Source: Cystobacterineae bacterium
Lineage (GTDB): Bacteria > Myxococcota > Myxococcia > Myxococcales > Myxococcaceae
DNA length: 64,000 bases
Assembly (NCBI GenBank): GCA_009782175.1
Contig: WRKR01000007.1
Span: 6,125 to 70,124, forward strand
Direction: 5' to 3'
Positions 11,285 to 20,700 of the stretch are shown here, piece by piece. A program made the position numbers and the translations under genes. Each line of letters begins with the position of its first letter. The stretch's first letter is position 1. The notes below the pieces were generated by a model that saw nothing but the letters and a program-made list of their open reading frames with translations, was not told the DNA's origin and did not search any database.

Positions 11285-13087
11285 CTACATGGCTTCACTT
11301 GCTTGAGGGTCCGACGACGAAAGATCTTTTGGGGCCTTGGCCGGCAAAACAGTTGGGCGAGGCAAAGCAGCTATTCGAGCTGCTTGCTCTTCATTTCCAG
11401 CTTGGCGAAATAAAGCCTCCGCTTTATCTAAACGCTCCAAAGCCTCTGCCAGCTGTGCCGCTTGCTCATATTGTTCAGTTTTTTCAAATAAATACATTGC
11501 CTTGTCGCGACGATCTGCACGAAGCCATGCTTCAATGGCTTGGGGCAACTGATCCATAGCTTCCAGCCAACGTGCATGGGCTGAATGGTCTCCTGCTGCG
11601 ATGGCTTGCTCAACTTGGGTTGTGGCAAGTTTCTGAGCTTCTTCTTCAAGCTTCAGCTTCATGAGGAAACGGTAGGCCTTGGGGCCTGGCAGCTCTTTTA
11701 ATACGTCGATGGCAGCCTGAGCATTTCCAGTGGCCACCCATAAAGTCGCCGCACCCAGGCGATCTCCTCTATCCATCAACTGTTGAACTTCAACAACTCG
11801 TATGCGGGTTGCTGATTCTAAATCTCCTGCTTGCTCATAAGCTTTGCGTGCAAAAGAAAGCCGCCCTGCCTTCTCCCAGGCCAATGCAGCTTGATCCATC
11901 TGCCTTGCACGCTCATAAAGACGAGCCACCGCTTCATAATCCTTTGTCTTCACGCAATAAGCCATCAACAAGCCCCAGGCGGCCAACCGTTCCAAAATAA
12001 ACTTGACTTCCGAGGAAGCCAAACGCCCCATCAATCTCGTGCTTGCTTCTTCAATTTCACCCAATACGGCACAACGCAATGCGGATTTTAAGTCACCTCC
12101 AAGCTCAAACAAGCGAACAGCCTCTATAAAAGAGGCATTTTTTTCATGCAGGCGACCTGCATCCCGTGTCCTGCGCGCTTGTTCCAAATGAGCAGCTTGT
12201 TCTCTCCAATCCTTAAAAGTCAACCGAGAATCCTCTCGAGAAGGTTTTTCGCGTTTTTCCTTATGAGGTTTTTCTCTGTGAGGGCGATCGGCTGTTCTCT
12301 TGGCTGGCTCCGGTGGAAGCTGTGCTTCTTCTGAAAGCGCTTTCAACCCACTCACTTCAAGCGCTGTTTGCGAGCGAGCTTGTTCTCCCAAAGCACGCCA
12401 TATGCGCCCAACCAAATCCAAAACAGAACGATAGGCCTGTGCCTGCAATTGCTCCGGCGACAGCGAAACACTCTCTTGTTTTTCCTCTATAGAAGGAGCC
12501 TCTGTGGCAGCAGATTCTGCAACAACAAACTCTGGGGCAGATTCTGCAGGGACAGACTCTGGGGCAGATTCTGCAGGGACAGGCTCTGGAGCAGCAGGCT
12601 CTGCGGCAACAGATTCTGGGGAAGCAGGCTCTGAGGAAGCGGCTGCTTGTGTTTCTTGAGGCAACTCGGGTGGAGCAGCCGTTTCTGGCTGCAAAAGGGT
12701 TGACTCTTCTGGAGGCTGGTTATGGGTGGGGGTTTGCGCTGTTGAGTCATCCATTGTTTGCTTTAAAAGCTCAGGTTTTTTCTGCCGCATGACGCGAAAC
12801 AAGGAGGTAATAAGGCGACCTCGGGCATTGGAATCCAGCTGCTCTAAAGAGCTCAAACGCATTGAACGAATGGTTCTCAATATTTCTTGGAGCGGAGATT
12901 GCTCTAACAAAAAATCTCCTTTGGTGAGTGCTCGCTCCAAATTCCCCAGTTCAACAATAATTTTACGGGCTCCAATATCGGTTCTGCCCTCATCAGAACG
13001 CCTTTGGCGAGAATTATCTCTGCGCGAACCACGCCCATCACCACGCTCGTCCTTCGAGGACTTCGCGCGTCGTTGCTGCTCATACAT
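11285..13087 (-). CDS. Hypothetical cytoplasmic protein with a basic N-terminus, an acidic Pro/Glu/Ala linker and C-terminal TPR-like repeats; sits between the gltH-like and gltI-like genes
   Basis: The track ORF is 11285..13333, but its first 82 codons overlap the upstream beta-barrel gene. The start was therefore moved to ATG 13087 (MYEQQRRAKSSKDERGDG...). The linker reads ...PEPVPAESAPESVPAESAPEF... C-terminal hairpins include AYEQAGDLESA and LFRQAGNEEQAARIA. Confidence 0.6.
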   Translation of the reverse strand: MYEQQRRAKSSKDERGDGRGSRRDNSRQRRSDEGRTDIGARKIIVELGNLERALTKGDFLLEQSPLQEILRTIRSMRLSSLEQLDSNARGRLITSLFRVMRQKKPELLKQTMDDSTAQTPTHNQPPEESTLLQPETAAPPELPQETQAAASSEPASPESVAAEPAAPEPVPAESAPESVPAESAPEFVVAESAATEAPSIEEKQESVSLSPEQLQAQAYRSVLDLVGRIWRALGEQARSQTALEVSGLKALSEEAQLPPEPAKRTADRPHREKPHKEKREKPSREDSRLTFKDWREQAAHLEQARRTRDAGRLHEKNASFIEAVRLFELGGDLKSALRCAVLGEIEEASTRLMGRLASSEVKFILERLAAWGLLMAYCVKTKDYEAVARLYERARQMDQAALAWEKAGRLSFARKAYEQAGDLESATRIRVVEVQQLMDRGDRLGAATLWVATGNAQAAIDVLKELPGPKAYRFLMKLKLEEEAQKLATTQVEQAIAAGDHSAHARWLEAMDQLPQAIEAWLRADRRDKAMYLFEKTEQYEQAAQLAEALERLDKAEALFRQAGNEEQAARIAALPRPTVLPAKAPKDLSSSDPQASEAM

Positions 13088-13119
13088 GGTCAAAAACCTC
13101 GTTAAATAATATCCACAAG

Positions 13120-13755
13120 CTAAAACGCGTACCTTAGGCTTGGTGTAATTGCAAAGCCGAAAGTACCTGCTCGCAGCAAACCTATCCCAGAAGCTTCCAG
13201 CCCAACAGAAAAGTGCCGCAATCGCGTATAATACTCGACACCTATCCCAACATTGGCCAAATAATCTATCTTCGGGAGCAAAACCTTGGGGAAAAAGAAA
13301 CTGGCTCCAATGGCTGCACGTGCATAAAACCACGTCCTTTGTACGGACTGACTATCGCCAAAACCCACCAAACCCACTTTGAGGGATAAACCTGGTGTCA
13401 AAGAGGAAAACCCACCCGAAGCATTGCCCTCTTCAGATTGGCCACGATAGCTAGAGCTCGCAGGGTTGAAGGTACCCAGCAAGATGACACCCAACGAAAG
13501 CCTCTCTCCCAGATCATAGCCAAACTCTATTTGCAAAGAATGACCAAAGGACTTTGGGCCTTTCACGCCTTTAGGTGTGGGAGCCTCCAGAAGATACCAA
13601 GCTCCTCCTTGCAGCTGCAAATAGACACCTCTCTCAACCTCTTTGAGAGGTACCCTCTCCGTTTCATGAACAGAACCCGTCTCTTGAGCGAAAGCCAACG
13701 ACAAAGGAAGCAAAAACGTCAGAAAAGCCAATCGAAAACGCATGGTATTCAACAC
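13120..13755 (-). CDS. Outer-membrane beta-barrel protein (GltH-like)
   Basis: Signal peptide MRFRLAFLTFLLPLSLAFAQE. The start is either GTG 13755 or ATG 13743. The sequence has an alternating beta-strand pattern and the terminal ...PSLRYAF aromatic residue typical of BAM substrates. Confidence 0.75.
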   Translation of the reverse strand: MLNTMRFRLAFLTFLLPLSLAFAQETGSVHETERVPLKEVERGVYLQLQGGAWYLLEAPTPKGVKGPKSFGHSLQIEFGYDLGERLSLGVILLGTFNPASSSYRGQSEEGNASGGFSSLTPGLSLKVGLVGFGDSQSVQRTWFYARAAIGASFFFPKVLLPKIDYLANVGIGVEYYTRLRHFSVGLEASGIGLLRAGTFGFAITPSLRYAF

Positions 13756-13976
13756 CTAACCGCCACGAAGGCATAGAAAAACAAAATGCTAACACATCCC
13801 CTCCTTCTTTCCCATAGGCAATGCATTATTTATATGCCCATGGCCCACAGGAAGAGGGGAGCTCCTTTTGAAAAACGAAAGGAGAAGTTCGTTGCACCCT
13901 CCCACCTCCCTTGGGCCTCGGAAATTCCAAACAGAGTTTCCTCCTCTTTCCTTCCCTTTTCATGGGCAGAACCGCG

Positions 13977-15998
13977 TTATTGGCCTGCAGGCTTAAAGAC
14001 GAAAGGATAAGTCACATGAGCTGTCCCGCCTCCCTTGGGCCTCGGAAATTCCAAGGTCCGGATCCTCTTCGCAATACACTCCCCTATTTCGGCATTCCTC
14101 GGGCTCATGGCTGACTGATGAACTCTGGAGCTGTCCACCGTCCCATCACCGTTGATAACAAAACGAACAGAAACTCTGCCTGCCAATTGTGGATAACGAA
14201 TAAGTTGATCCTCATAGCAGGCACGGATTTTGGAAATGTTGGCCCGTATCCTCTGGCGAATCAACTCCCCGTCAATGTTTCCATCAATAATGGGTGTGCT
14301 GCTCGAAATTTCAGGCAAGTCAGCCTTAGAACGGCCTATAAGCCCTGGCGTGCCTTTGTCGCCAAACGAAGAGCCTCCTTTGGTATCTGCTCCACCAATG
14401 CCAATGGAACTTAAAGACGTGCCCCCACCACCCCAGCCTATGCCGCGCATCCCCATCCCATGTGTCCCAGCAGCATCTCCATAAGTGGTGCCCTGCAAAC
14501 CCGATAAGGCCGCACGAGCTTGCCCACCACGCCCCGGACCTACAACAACTGAGCCTGCTACGCCTCCTCCAGAGTTAAACATCCTCGCCAAAACCTCGCG
14601 TTGCCTATTGCTGTCATTGGGATCGCCTCTGGGTGTAGAGTTGCCTTCTCTTTGAGGTGCATCCTTTTTCCCCAGCTGCCCTTCATCGCCTTGAGCTCTC
14701 GCTGCCGCTTCGCCCGTATTGGCCTTTTTGATGTTTTCAATTTTCCGCTGAATGTTTTGTTGGATTTCTGGAGATTGCTCAATCAGCTTAACCAAACGCG
14801 CATCATTCCCTGACAACTCATCCACTAAACCTCTTCCTCCATCCATGTTGACAGCTGAAATGAGAAACAATGAGCTCAACAAAGCAATAACAAGGAAAAT
14901 ATTGAGAGCGGCAAAGTCAACACGGTTGAGGAATGGGATCCACGCAGGCTTTGGCTCCGTGTCCATGTGGGCTTCAAGGACAATATCGTCTCCTAAGTTT
15001 ATCCATACGAAATCCGAATCATGCAAGTCGATGCTATAGGCTTGATCCTTGTCCCCCAAAGTCGCGACTTTTGATTGGATGGCAGCCGAAAGCTGCATGG
15101 GAGGCTTGCCGTTGGCGTGAAACTCTCCTTGCATTTTCTCCGTAAACTGCAAAGAGGCCTGCCCCTTGTCAAAAGAAACCACTTCCAGGCGATCTCCTCG
15201 AAACAACAAATCCCCCATTGGAAAATCAACGCCTGATCCACTCCCCACCACAAAATGAGCTTTTTGAGACGGAGAAAAATAATGGGACTCTAAGGGTTGA
15301 TCTCCCCAGAGCATTCTGATGGCAAGCCCCAACGGCCTCCCACCACTGGATGAACCCCTCCTCGGAACATGCTCCACAGGCTTCACTGCCGCCGAAAAAC
15401 CTCGACGCTCAACACCCTTTGGAGAAACAGAAGCCACCGAAGGAGAAGCCGCCAATGCGGGAGAAGACGCCATGGCAGATGCGCTGGGTGGAGAGCCCAG
15501 CACAGCAGACGTCGGCACGGCTATGGGCACTGCGACGGGCACTGTGGGCGGCACCGCCGCAGGCAAGGAAACGCCCGCAGCAGCTGCAGACGATGGCGGA
15601 GACAATGGCGGAGCAGACAATGACGGAGCAGACGATGGCGGAGACAATGCCGGTGAGAATGCCGGCAACGCTTGCTCCGTAACACTTCGCTCTGCGACAG
15701 AAGCATCCTCAACATGAATGCTCGTATTCCCCACTCGGATTTCATCTCCAAACCGCAAATCGCCACGATTGATGCGCTTGCCATTGACAAAGGTTCCTTC
15801 GACACTCCCCATGTCGATGATGGAAAAAGTCCCGTCAACAGCCACGTCGATTACCGCATGGATACGAGAAACCTTATCGTCATCTAGACAAAGTTGGGCG
15901 GCGGATAGACGTCCAATTTTGATGATGCTACAATCAAAATCCTTGCAGTCAACTTGCGATCCAGCCTTGAATACTCTAAGCCTCAATGGTGTAGCCAA
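13977..15998 (-). CDS. FHA-domain / TonB-C-like inner-membrane protein (GltG/PglI-like)
   Basis: TTG start preceded by GAGGAGGAG. N-terminal FHA domain (KIGRLSAAQLCLDDDKVSRIHAVIDV...IIDMGSVEGTFVNGKRI). Then a Pro/Ser/Ala-rich linker, a TM helix (FAALNIFLVIALLSSLFLISAV) and a Gly-rich stretch. The C-terminus is an AgmX/PglI-type TonB-C-like tail (VSVRFVINGDGTV...VTYPFVFKP). Confidence 0.85.
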   Translation of the reverse strand: MATPLRLRVFKAGSQVDCKDFDCSIIKIGRLSAAQLCLDDDKVSRIHAVIDVAVDGTFSIIDMGSVEGTFVNGKRINRGDLRFGDEIRVGNTSIHVEDASVAERSVTEQALPAFSPALSPPSSAPSLSAPPLSPPSSAAAAGVSLPAAVPPTVPVAVPIAVPTSAVLGSPPSASAMASSPALAASPSVASVSPKGVERRGFSAAVKPVEHVPRRGSSSGGRPLGLAIRMLWGDQPLESHYFSPSQKAHFVVGSGSGVDFPMGDLLFRGDRLEVVSFDKGQASLQFTEKMQGEFHANGKPPMQLSAAIQSKVATLGDKDQAYSIDLHDSDFVWINLGDDIVLEAHMDTEPKPAWIPFLNRVDFAALNIFLVIALLSSLFLISAVNMDGGRGLVDELSGNDARLVKLIEQSPEIQQNIQRKIENIKKANTGEAAARAQGDEGQLGKKDAPQREGNSTPRGDPNDSNRQREVLARMFNSGGGVAGSVVVGPGRGGQARAALSGLQGTTYGDAAGTHGMGMRGIGWGGGGTSLSSIGIGGADTKGGSSFGDKGTPGLIGRSKADLPEISSSTPIIDGNIDGELIRQRIRANISKIRACYEDQLIRYPQLAGRVSVRFVINGDGTVDSSRVHQSAMSPRNAEIGECIAKRIRTLEFPRPKGGGTAHVTYPFVFKPAGQ

Positions 15999-16056
15999 AG
16001 GTGTCTCCTCCTCAAACTCAAACGCCGCAGCATGCTAGCTTTTCATCCGGTGCAAA

Positions 16057-16314
16057 TTAAAGCTCTCCTGCGGATTGCATGATCTTCTCTCTATAGTCTT
16101 CCCGAACTTTAATGAGGTTTGAGTGCTTGGATCGAACCACCGCGTCTATATATTCGCTGTCAGGTCGATTCAGATCACCCTCAATAATGTCTTCATCAAA
16201 ATTGAAGACTTTGACTTTCCCGCCACCCTTGCTCTCATAAGTCGCCGTAGGAATATCCTCGGCAACAGCAAAACCAGCCACAAACAGCAGCAAACAAAAA
16301 ACCCAATTCCTCAT
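16057..16314 (-). CDS. Small secreted protein (GltF-like position)
   Basis: The track ORF is 16057..16353. The internal ATG 16314 gives a clean signal peptide, MRNWVFCLLLFVAGFAVAEDI. The product is 85 aa with no recognisable domain. The assignment rests on its position between the TPR lipoprotein and the FHA/TonB-like gene. Confidence 0.6.
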   Translation of the reverse strand: MRNWVFCLLLFVAGFAVAEDIPTATYESKGGGKVKVFNFDEDIIEGDLNRPDSEYIDAVVRSKHSNLIKVREDYREKIMQSAGEL

Positions 16315-16428
16315 ATCGCACCTTTCAACAGTATTAGCGCAAAATCTCGGCAATTTCTATAGCTGTCATTGCAGCTTGTGATCTCTTGTCTCCACTTGAC
16401 CGCCCCTCCCCAAACACGCAAAGCACCC

Positions 16429-17748
16429 TCACTTGCTTGAGGGTGGCTGAACATTGGCGGCTCCACCTTTGGCATCAGCTTGAGCCTTGCGTAATTCTTC
16501 CTCTTTTTTCTTCTTATCCTCTGTTTTTCTCTGCTCTTCCTGCCGCTTCTCTTCCTCCTCCGCCCGGCGATCCTCTTCCCTCTTCAAAATAACAGCTTCC
16601 TCGTTGCGAATATTCGCATAAACCGGGTGATCGACCACTATCCTTCCCCCCATGAGCTGAATATATTTTTTAAAATATCCAATGGCTTTTTCGGGCTCCT
16701 CTTTTTTGGACAACACAACACCCCTGTTAAAAGCCACCTCAGGCTGGTTTGGGTTCAGCTTGTCAATCTCATCATATATCTGCATGGCCTTGTCCGGTTG
16801 CCCAAGCTCGCTATAACTCACAGCCAAGCCGATGAGTGCGGGAATGTTCTTCCCATCCATTTGCAAGACACGACGCAACGCCACCTCAGCACTCTCGGCA
16901 TTCTCATATCGAAGCTCAATTTTTGCCAGCTCCACCGCTGCATCAAAATGCCCAGAATGAAGCTCCAACGTCCTTTGCAGCAATACTTTGGCATCCGCAT
17001 CCTTGCCTTCACCCAAGGCAGCAAGCCCTAAATAATAGGAGGTGTCAGGATGATCTTTTTCCACATCTTTGACGCGTTCAGCAACAAGCCGCAGCAAACT
17101 ATATTGCTTGACGGACAAATAGGCTTCCATCATCGCTTTGTAGGCTGAGAGGTTTTGAGGATCTCTATAGAGGCTCTCGCGCGCAGACTGCACCGCTCGC
17201 CTCGCATCCCCCTGCCGTGCATATATGCCGGCCAGCTGTGCTCGGCTTTCCGGATCATCCGGATAAATATCCGCTGCTGCCTGCAATATGGACTGCGCTT
17301 TGTCCAAATCTCCAGCATTCATGGCCAGCACACCTAAATTCACTGCCGCTGCTGAAAAACCGGGGCGTTTCTTCAAAACTTCCTTATAATAACTCTCCGC
17401 CTCCGCCGCGCGGTTTTGCATTTGCGCCAACACCCCTAGGTTATAGGTGGCTTCCACCAGACGACTGTCCGCTTGCAAAACGGCCTTATATTGTCTCTCC
17501 AAGGCAGCAAAGTCATATGCATTGGCCTTGCGCGCAGCCTCCAAAGTCTTGGTGGCATCCTCAAACAACAACTGAGCCTTGGTGGATATTTCCAAACCCG
17601 CTTGTGACGAGTCCTCACCTTGAGGTGACAAAGCTTGGGTTGCGGGCTCTGTGGTTTTGCAGGCCAACAACACACAAGCAAAAAGCATAAGCTTGAAACA
17701 CAAACGGCGATACTGCCGTCCTATGAAAAGCTTAGAGAGGTTCATCAT
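16429..17748 (-). CDS. TPR-repeat lipoprotein (GltE/AglT-like)
   Basis: The ATGATG start lies 5 nt after GGAGG and overlaps the upstream stop by 17 nt. Lipobox in MLFACVLLAC-K. TPR repeats run throughout (e.g. YNLGVLAQMQNRAAEAESYYKEVLKKRPG), followed by a Lys/Glu-rich tail. Confidence 0.85.
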   Translation of the reverse strand: MMNLSKLFIGRQYRRLCFKLMLFACVLLACKTTEPATQALSPQGEDSSQAGLEISTKAQLLFEDATKTLEAARKANAYDFAALERQYKAVLQADSRLVEATYNLGVLAQMQNRAAEAESYYKEVLKKRPGFSAAAVNLGVLAMNAGDLDKAQSILQAAADIYPDDPESRAQLAGIYARQGDARRAVQSARESLYRDPQNLSAYKAMMEAYLSVKQYSLLRLVAERVKDVEKDHPDTSYYLGLAALGEGKDADAKVLLQRTLELHSGHFDAAVELAKIELRYENAESAEVALRRVLQMDGKNIPALIGLAVSYSELGQPDKAMQIYDEIDKLNPNQPEVAFNRGVVLSKKEEPEKAIGYFKKYIQLMGGRIVVDHPVYANIRNEEAVILKREEDRRAEEEEKRQEEQRKTEDKKKKEEELRKAQADAKGGAANVQPPSSK

Positions 17749-20700
17749 TGGCCTCCTTCAAACTCTCAGAAGCAGGCGAAACAGCTTTGGCAGGCGTTGC
17801 TGCTCGAGAAGGCGCCCTGGGGGAGCTATCTATTGCACTCATCAACCGTCGCACTTGCTCCTGGGCTAAAGGTGTTTCAGACATAACAAACTGGCTCGTC
17901 GGCATGATAGGTTGAACTTGCTGCTTAACATCAAGACTCATGAGAAGATTTCCCCTCGGTTCAAAACCTGGAATTCGATATTTATTGCGCAGTTGCTCAA
18001 GCGCATTTTGCGAACAATGGTTGGAAAGATTGTTTTTGCGGGCAGCAAGTACACTGGCTTGATAATAGGCCACGGCTTCCTTGGAGAAAGGCAAAGCGCT
18101 CTCTCGCAGAAAATTCTGAAAATCCGCCTCTAACTCTGCCTGCATTCCGCGAGGCGTCGGCAACTCGAGAAAATTCTGAGCCATGTCCGCATAAGCATCC
18201 CCCAGCTTAGCAGAGGCACAGATGGCATAGTGTGGAGAGCCCACTTCAATGATCCTCGTGTATACCTTCAACAACTCAGCCAGTGAAAGCTCCTTCGTTT
18301 TAAGCGCCTCTTTGAACTGAGCTTCATTGAGCAGAGCATTCCATCGAATGCGAAGCCGCTGATAGCGCTTATATCCATCTTCTGCCGCATCATAAAAAGC
18401 AAAAGCCACATTCTCTTTTGCCTCTGCCCCAAGCTCGCTGATGTTCTTCTTGGGCAAACGCTTGTGCAACTCCTCGCTTGCGCGCATCGCCATGCTTCGC
18501 ATATTGGCGTTGCGCGCAATGGCAAACAACTTGGCTTGAGCGGTCATATAGGCGTTCGCTGAATGCCGTCTTTTATCATTGGCATATTCTTCCAGCATGT
18601 TTATGGTTTGGCGGTTTTTTCCAAGCTTCTCTAAGTTTTGGACCACAGCCCAAAACACTTCATCCGCTTGCTTGGAACGGGGCCACATGGCCAAATAAGT
18701 TTCCCCATTTTTTATCGCCTTTTCATATTGGCCAAGCCCTGTCCGGAAGAAAAGAGCATTGCTGAGCGCAAACTGAGCCTGCTTCTCTTTAAAACCAAAT
18801 TCGGACTCTTTGGGCCTTGCTGTGGCCTTATGCGCTGTTGCCTTGGAAGAGCGCCGCCCAGAAGCACGAGAAGCTTGACGCGTTGTCCCCTCGCCTGAAG
18901 ACAAGGCACGGCTATATTGCACAACATATTGCTCGAAATGGCTGGCCGCTAACTCAAAGTCCGCAATCATCACAAAGTCCTGCGACAAGAGATAGAGCGT
19001 CTCCGGATAATATTGCGATTTTGAATGTCCCTTAATTAAAAGCTGACGTGTCTCTATGGCCTTGTTAAATTGTTTGGCTTTTGAATAACCCAACGCGGCA
19101 TTAAAAAGAGCCTGAGCCGCCAATTGTGAAGAGGGAAAGTTTTTTGCAAAAGACATATAGGCTTCTGCCGCATTGCCATGCTCCCCTTTCTTCTCAAACA
19201 GCTCAACCAACTTAAAAGCCGAAGTCTCAACAATCTTCGCCAGCTCTTCTTTTAGCTTGTCTCGGGCAAGCTGGTTGTTGCGATAGAAACGAACAGCTGT
19301 TTCATGCAGCTTGTCCCATTGCTGCAGCTGCTCATAGCAATTTAAGGCCAGGTGCGCAGACAACTCTCCAGCTGTTTTGCCTGTTCCAAAGGGGTGCGTG
19401 GGATATTTTTCAGCAATCTCAATAAATCGCCCAACCGCTTCTTCCAGGTGATCATGATCATAATAAACCTTCGCTGCAATATAAGCAGTTTCAACTCGGC
19501 TTTTCCCCTCAGGAACATATTTCAGATAGCGATCGCAAGCAGCCAACAATCGCTTGTATTCTTCAGGTATCTCCCGAGGCCGGGGAGGAGCCGAAGAGGA
19601 GGTTTTCTCTGGCTGCGCTTTCAAAACCCCTTTTGATCTCGCTTGGGCAACCACTTCATTATAAGCAAAAACAGCGTTGTAGGCCGCATCCCCCAAACGT
19701 CTTCCAGGGGCTTGCTGGCTCTCAATGCGACGTACATCCTCATCAGCAACCATCCCATATTGCTCAGCCGCTTTGGCATGGTTGTTGAGGTGTTCAAACA
19801 GCAATTCTGCCCAGAAAAATCTCAGCTCATAAGCCTTGCTGCTCTCTGGAAAAAGCGCCAGATAATCCGCATAAACATCATTTGCAAATTGGAATGTCTC
19901 TTCATTTCTCGTCTTGGAACCCTCTTTGTGCCAGTTGACTGCGAGATTGGAAATGGTGCGCTCGGCCAAATCTCTCGCTTCACTCAAGGCAATTTTGTCT
20001 TTCGCCTCTGTAATGGTTCCACTGGCTTCAACTTGAGTCAGAATTTTAACGAGCTTGCGCACCTGCGCAACAGTCATCGGTTTGTTCCCGGCTCGCATGA
20101 CACAATCCACAATCTTCCCTTGAAAGCCAGGTGCCTCCGGGGAAAGCGGGCGCTCTTGAATCAGCATATCAAAAGCCACGGCTGCTTCGCGATCGCTGCC
20201 ATCTTGATAATAAAAGTTGGCCAACTGTTTGAGCATATTGAAACGATCTTCTTCTTTGCTGGTCACACGGGCGAACTCCACTTTGGCATCACCCGGCGTT
20301 CCTCCGCCACGCGCATAGGCACGAACAAAGTCGTTCATGGCTTCACGAATAAGGCCTATGCGGGCATTCGGTCTGCCTTTCTCACCCTCCACCGCTTTGC
20401 TTCCCGCAAGCTCCCCATAGAGCACAACCGCTTTAAACTGCTCTTTGGCTTTAGCAAACTCCCCCAAGTTATAATAACACCAGCCTTGCATATAAAGCGT
20501 GTAGGCATAGGCCTGGTTGTCGGGATATGCCGATGCTTTTTGAAAAGCATCCAAAGCTTTTCTGAGCATGTCCGATTTGCCCTGGGAGTTGTTAAAATAG
20601 TATTGGCCAAAAACAACATAGGTGTCCGGGATAAAACGAGACTTTGGATAATCCTTAATGAGCTTCCCATAGGCAACCAGCGCCTTGTTCGTCTCCCCCA

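Noticed and set aside
13088-13333. N-terminal extensions of several track ORFs (13333, 16353, 22684, 24500, 43297, 45446, 52271, 55274).
   Set aside because: The extensions overlap the upstream gene or a repeat and read as Cys/Trp/Arg-rich noise. Internal starts give proper signal peptides, SD spacing or ATGA coupling.
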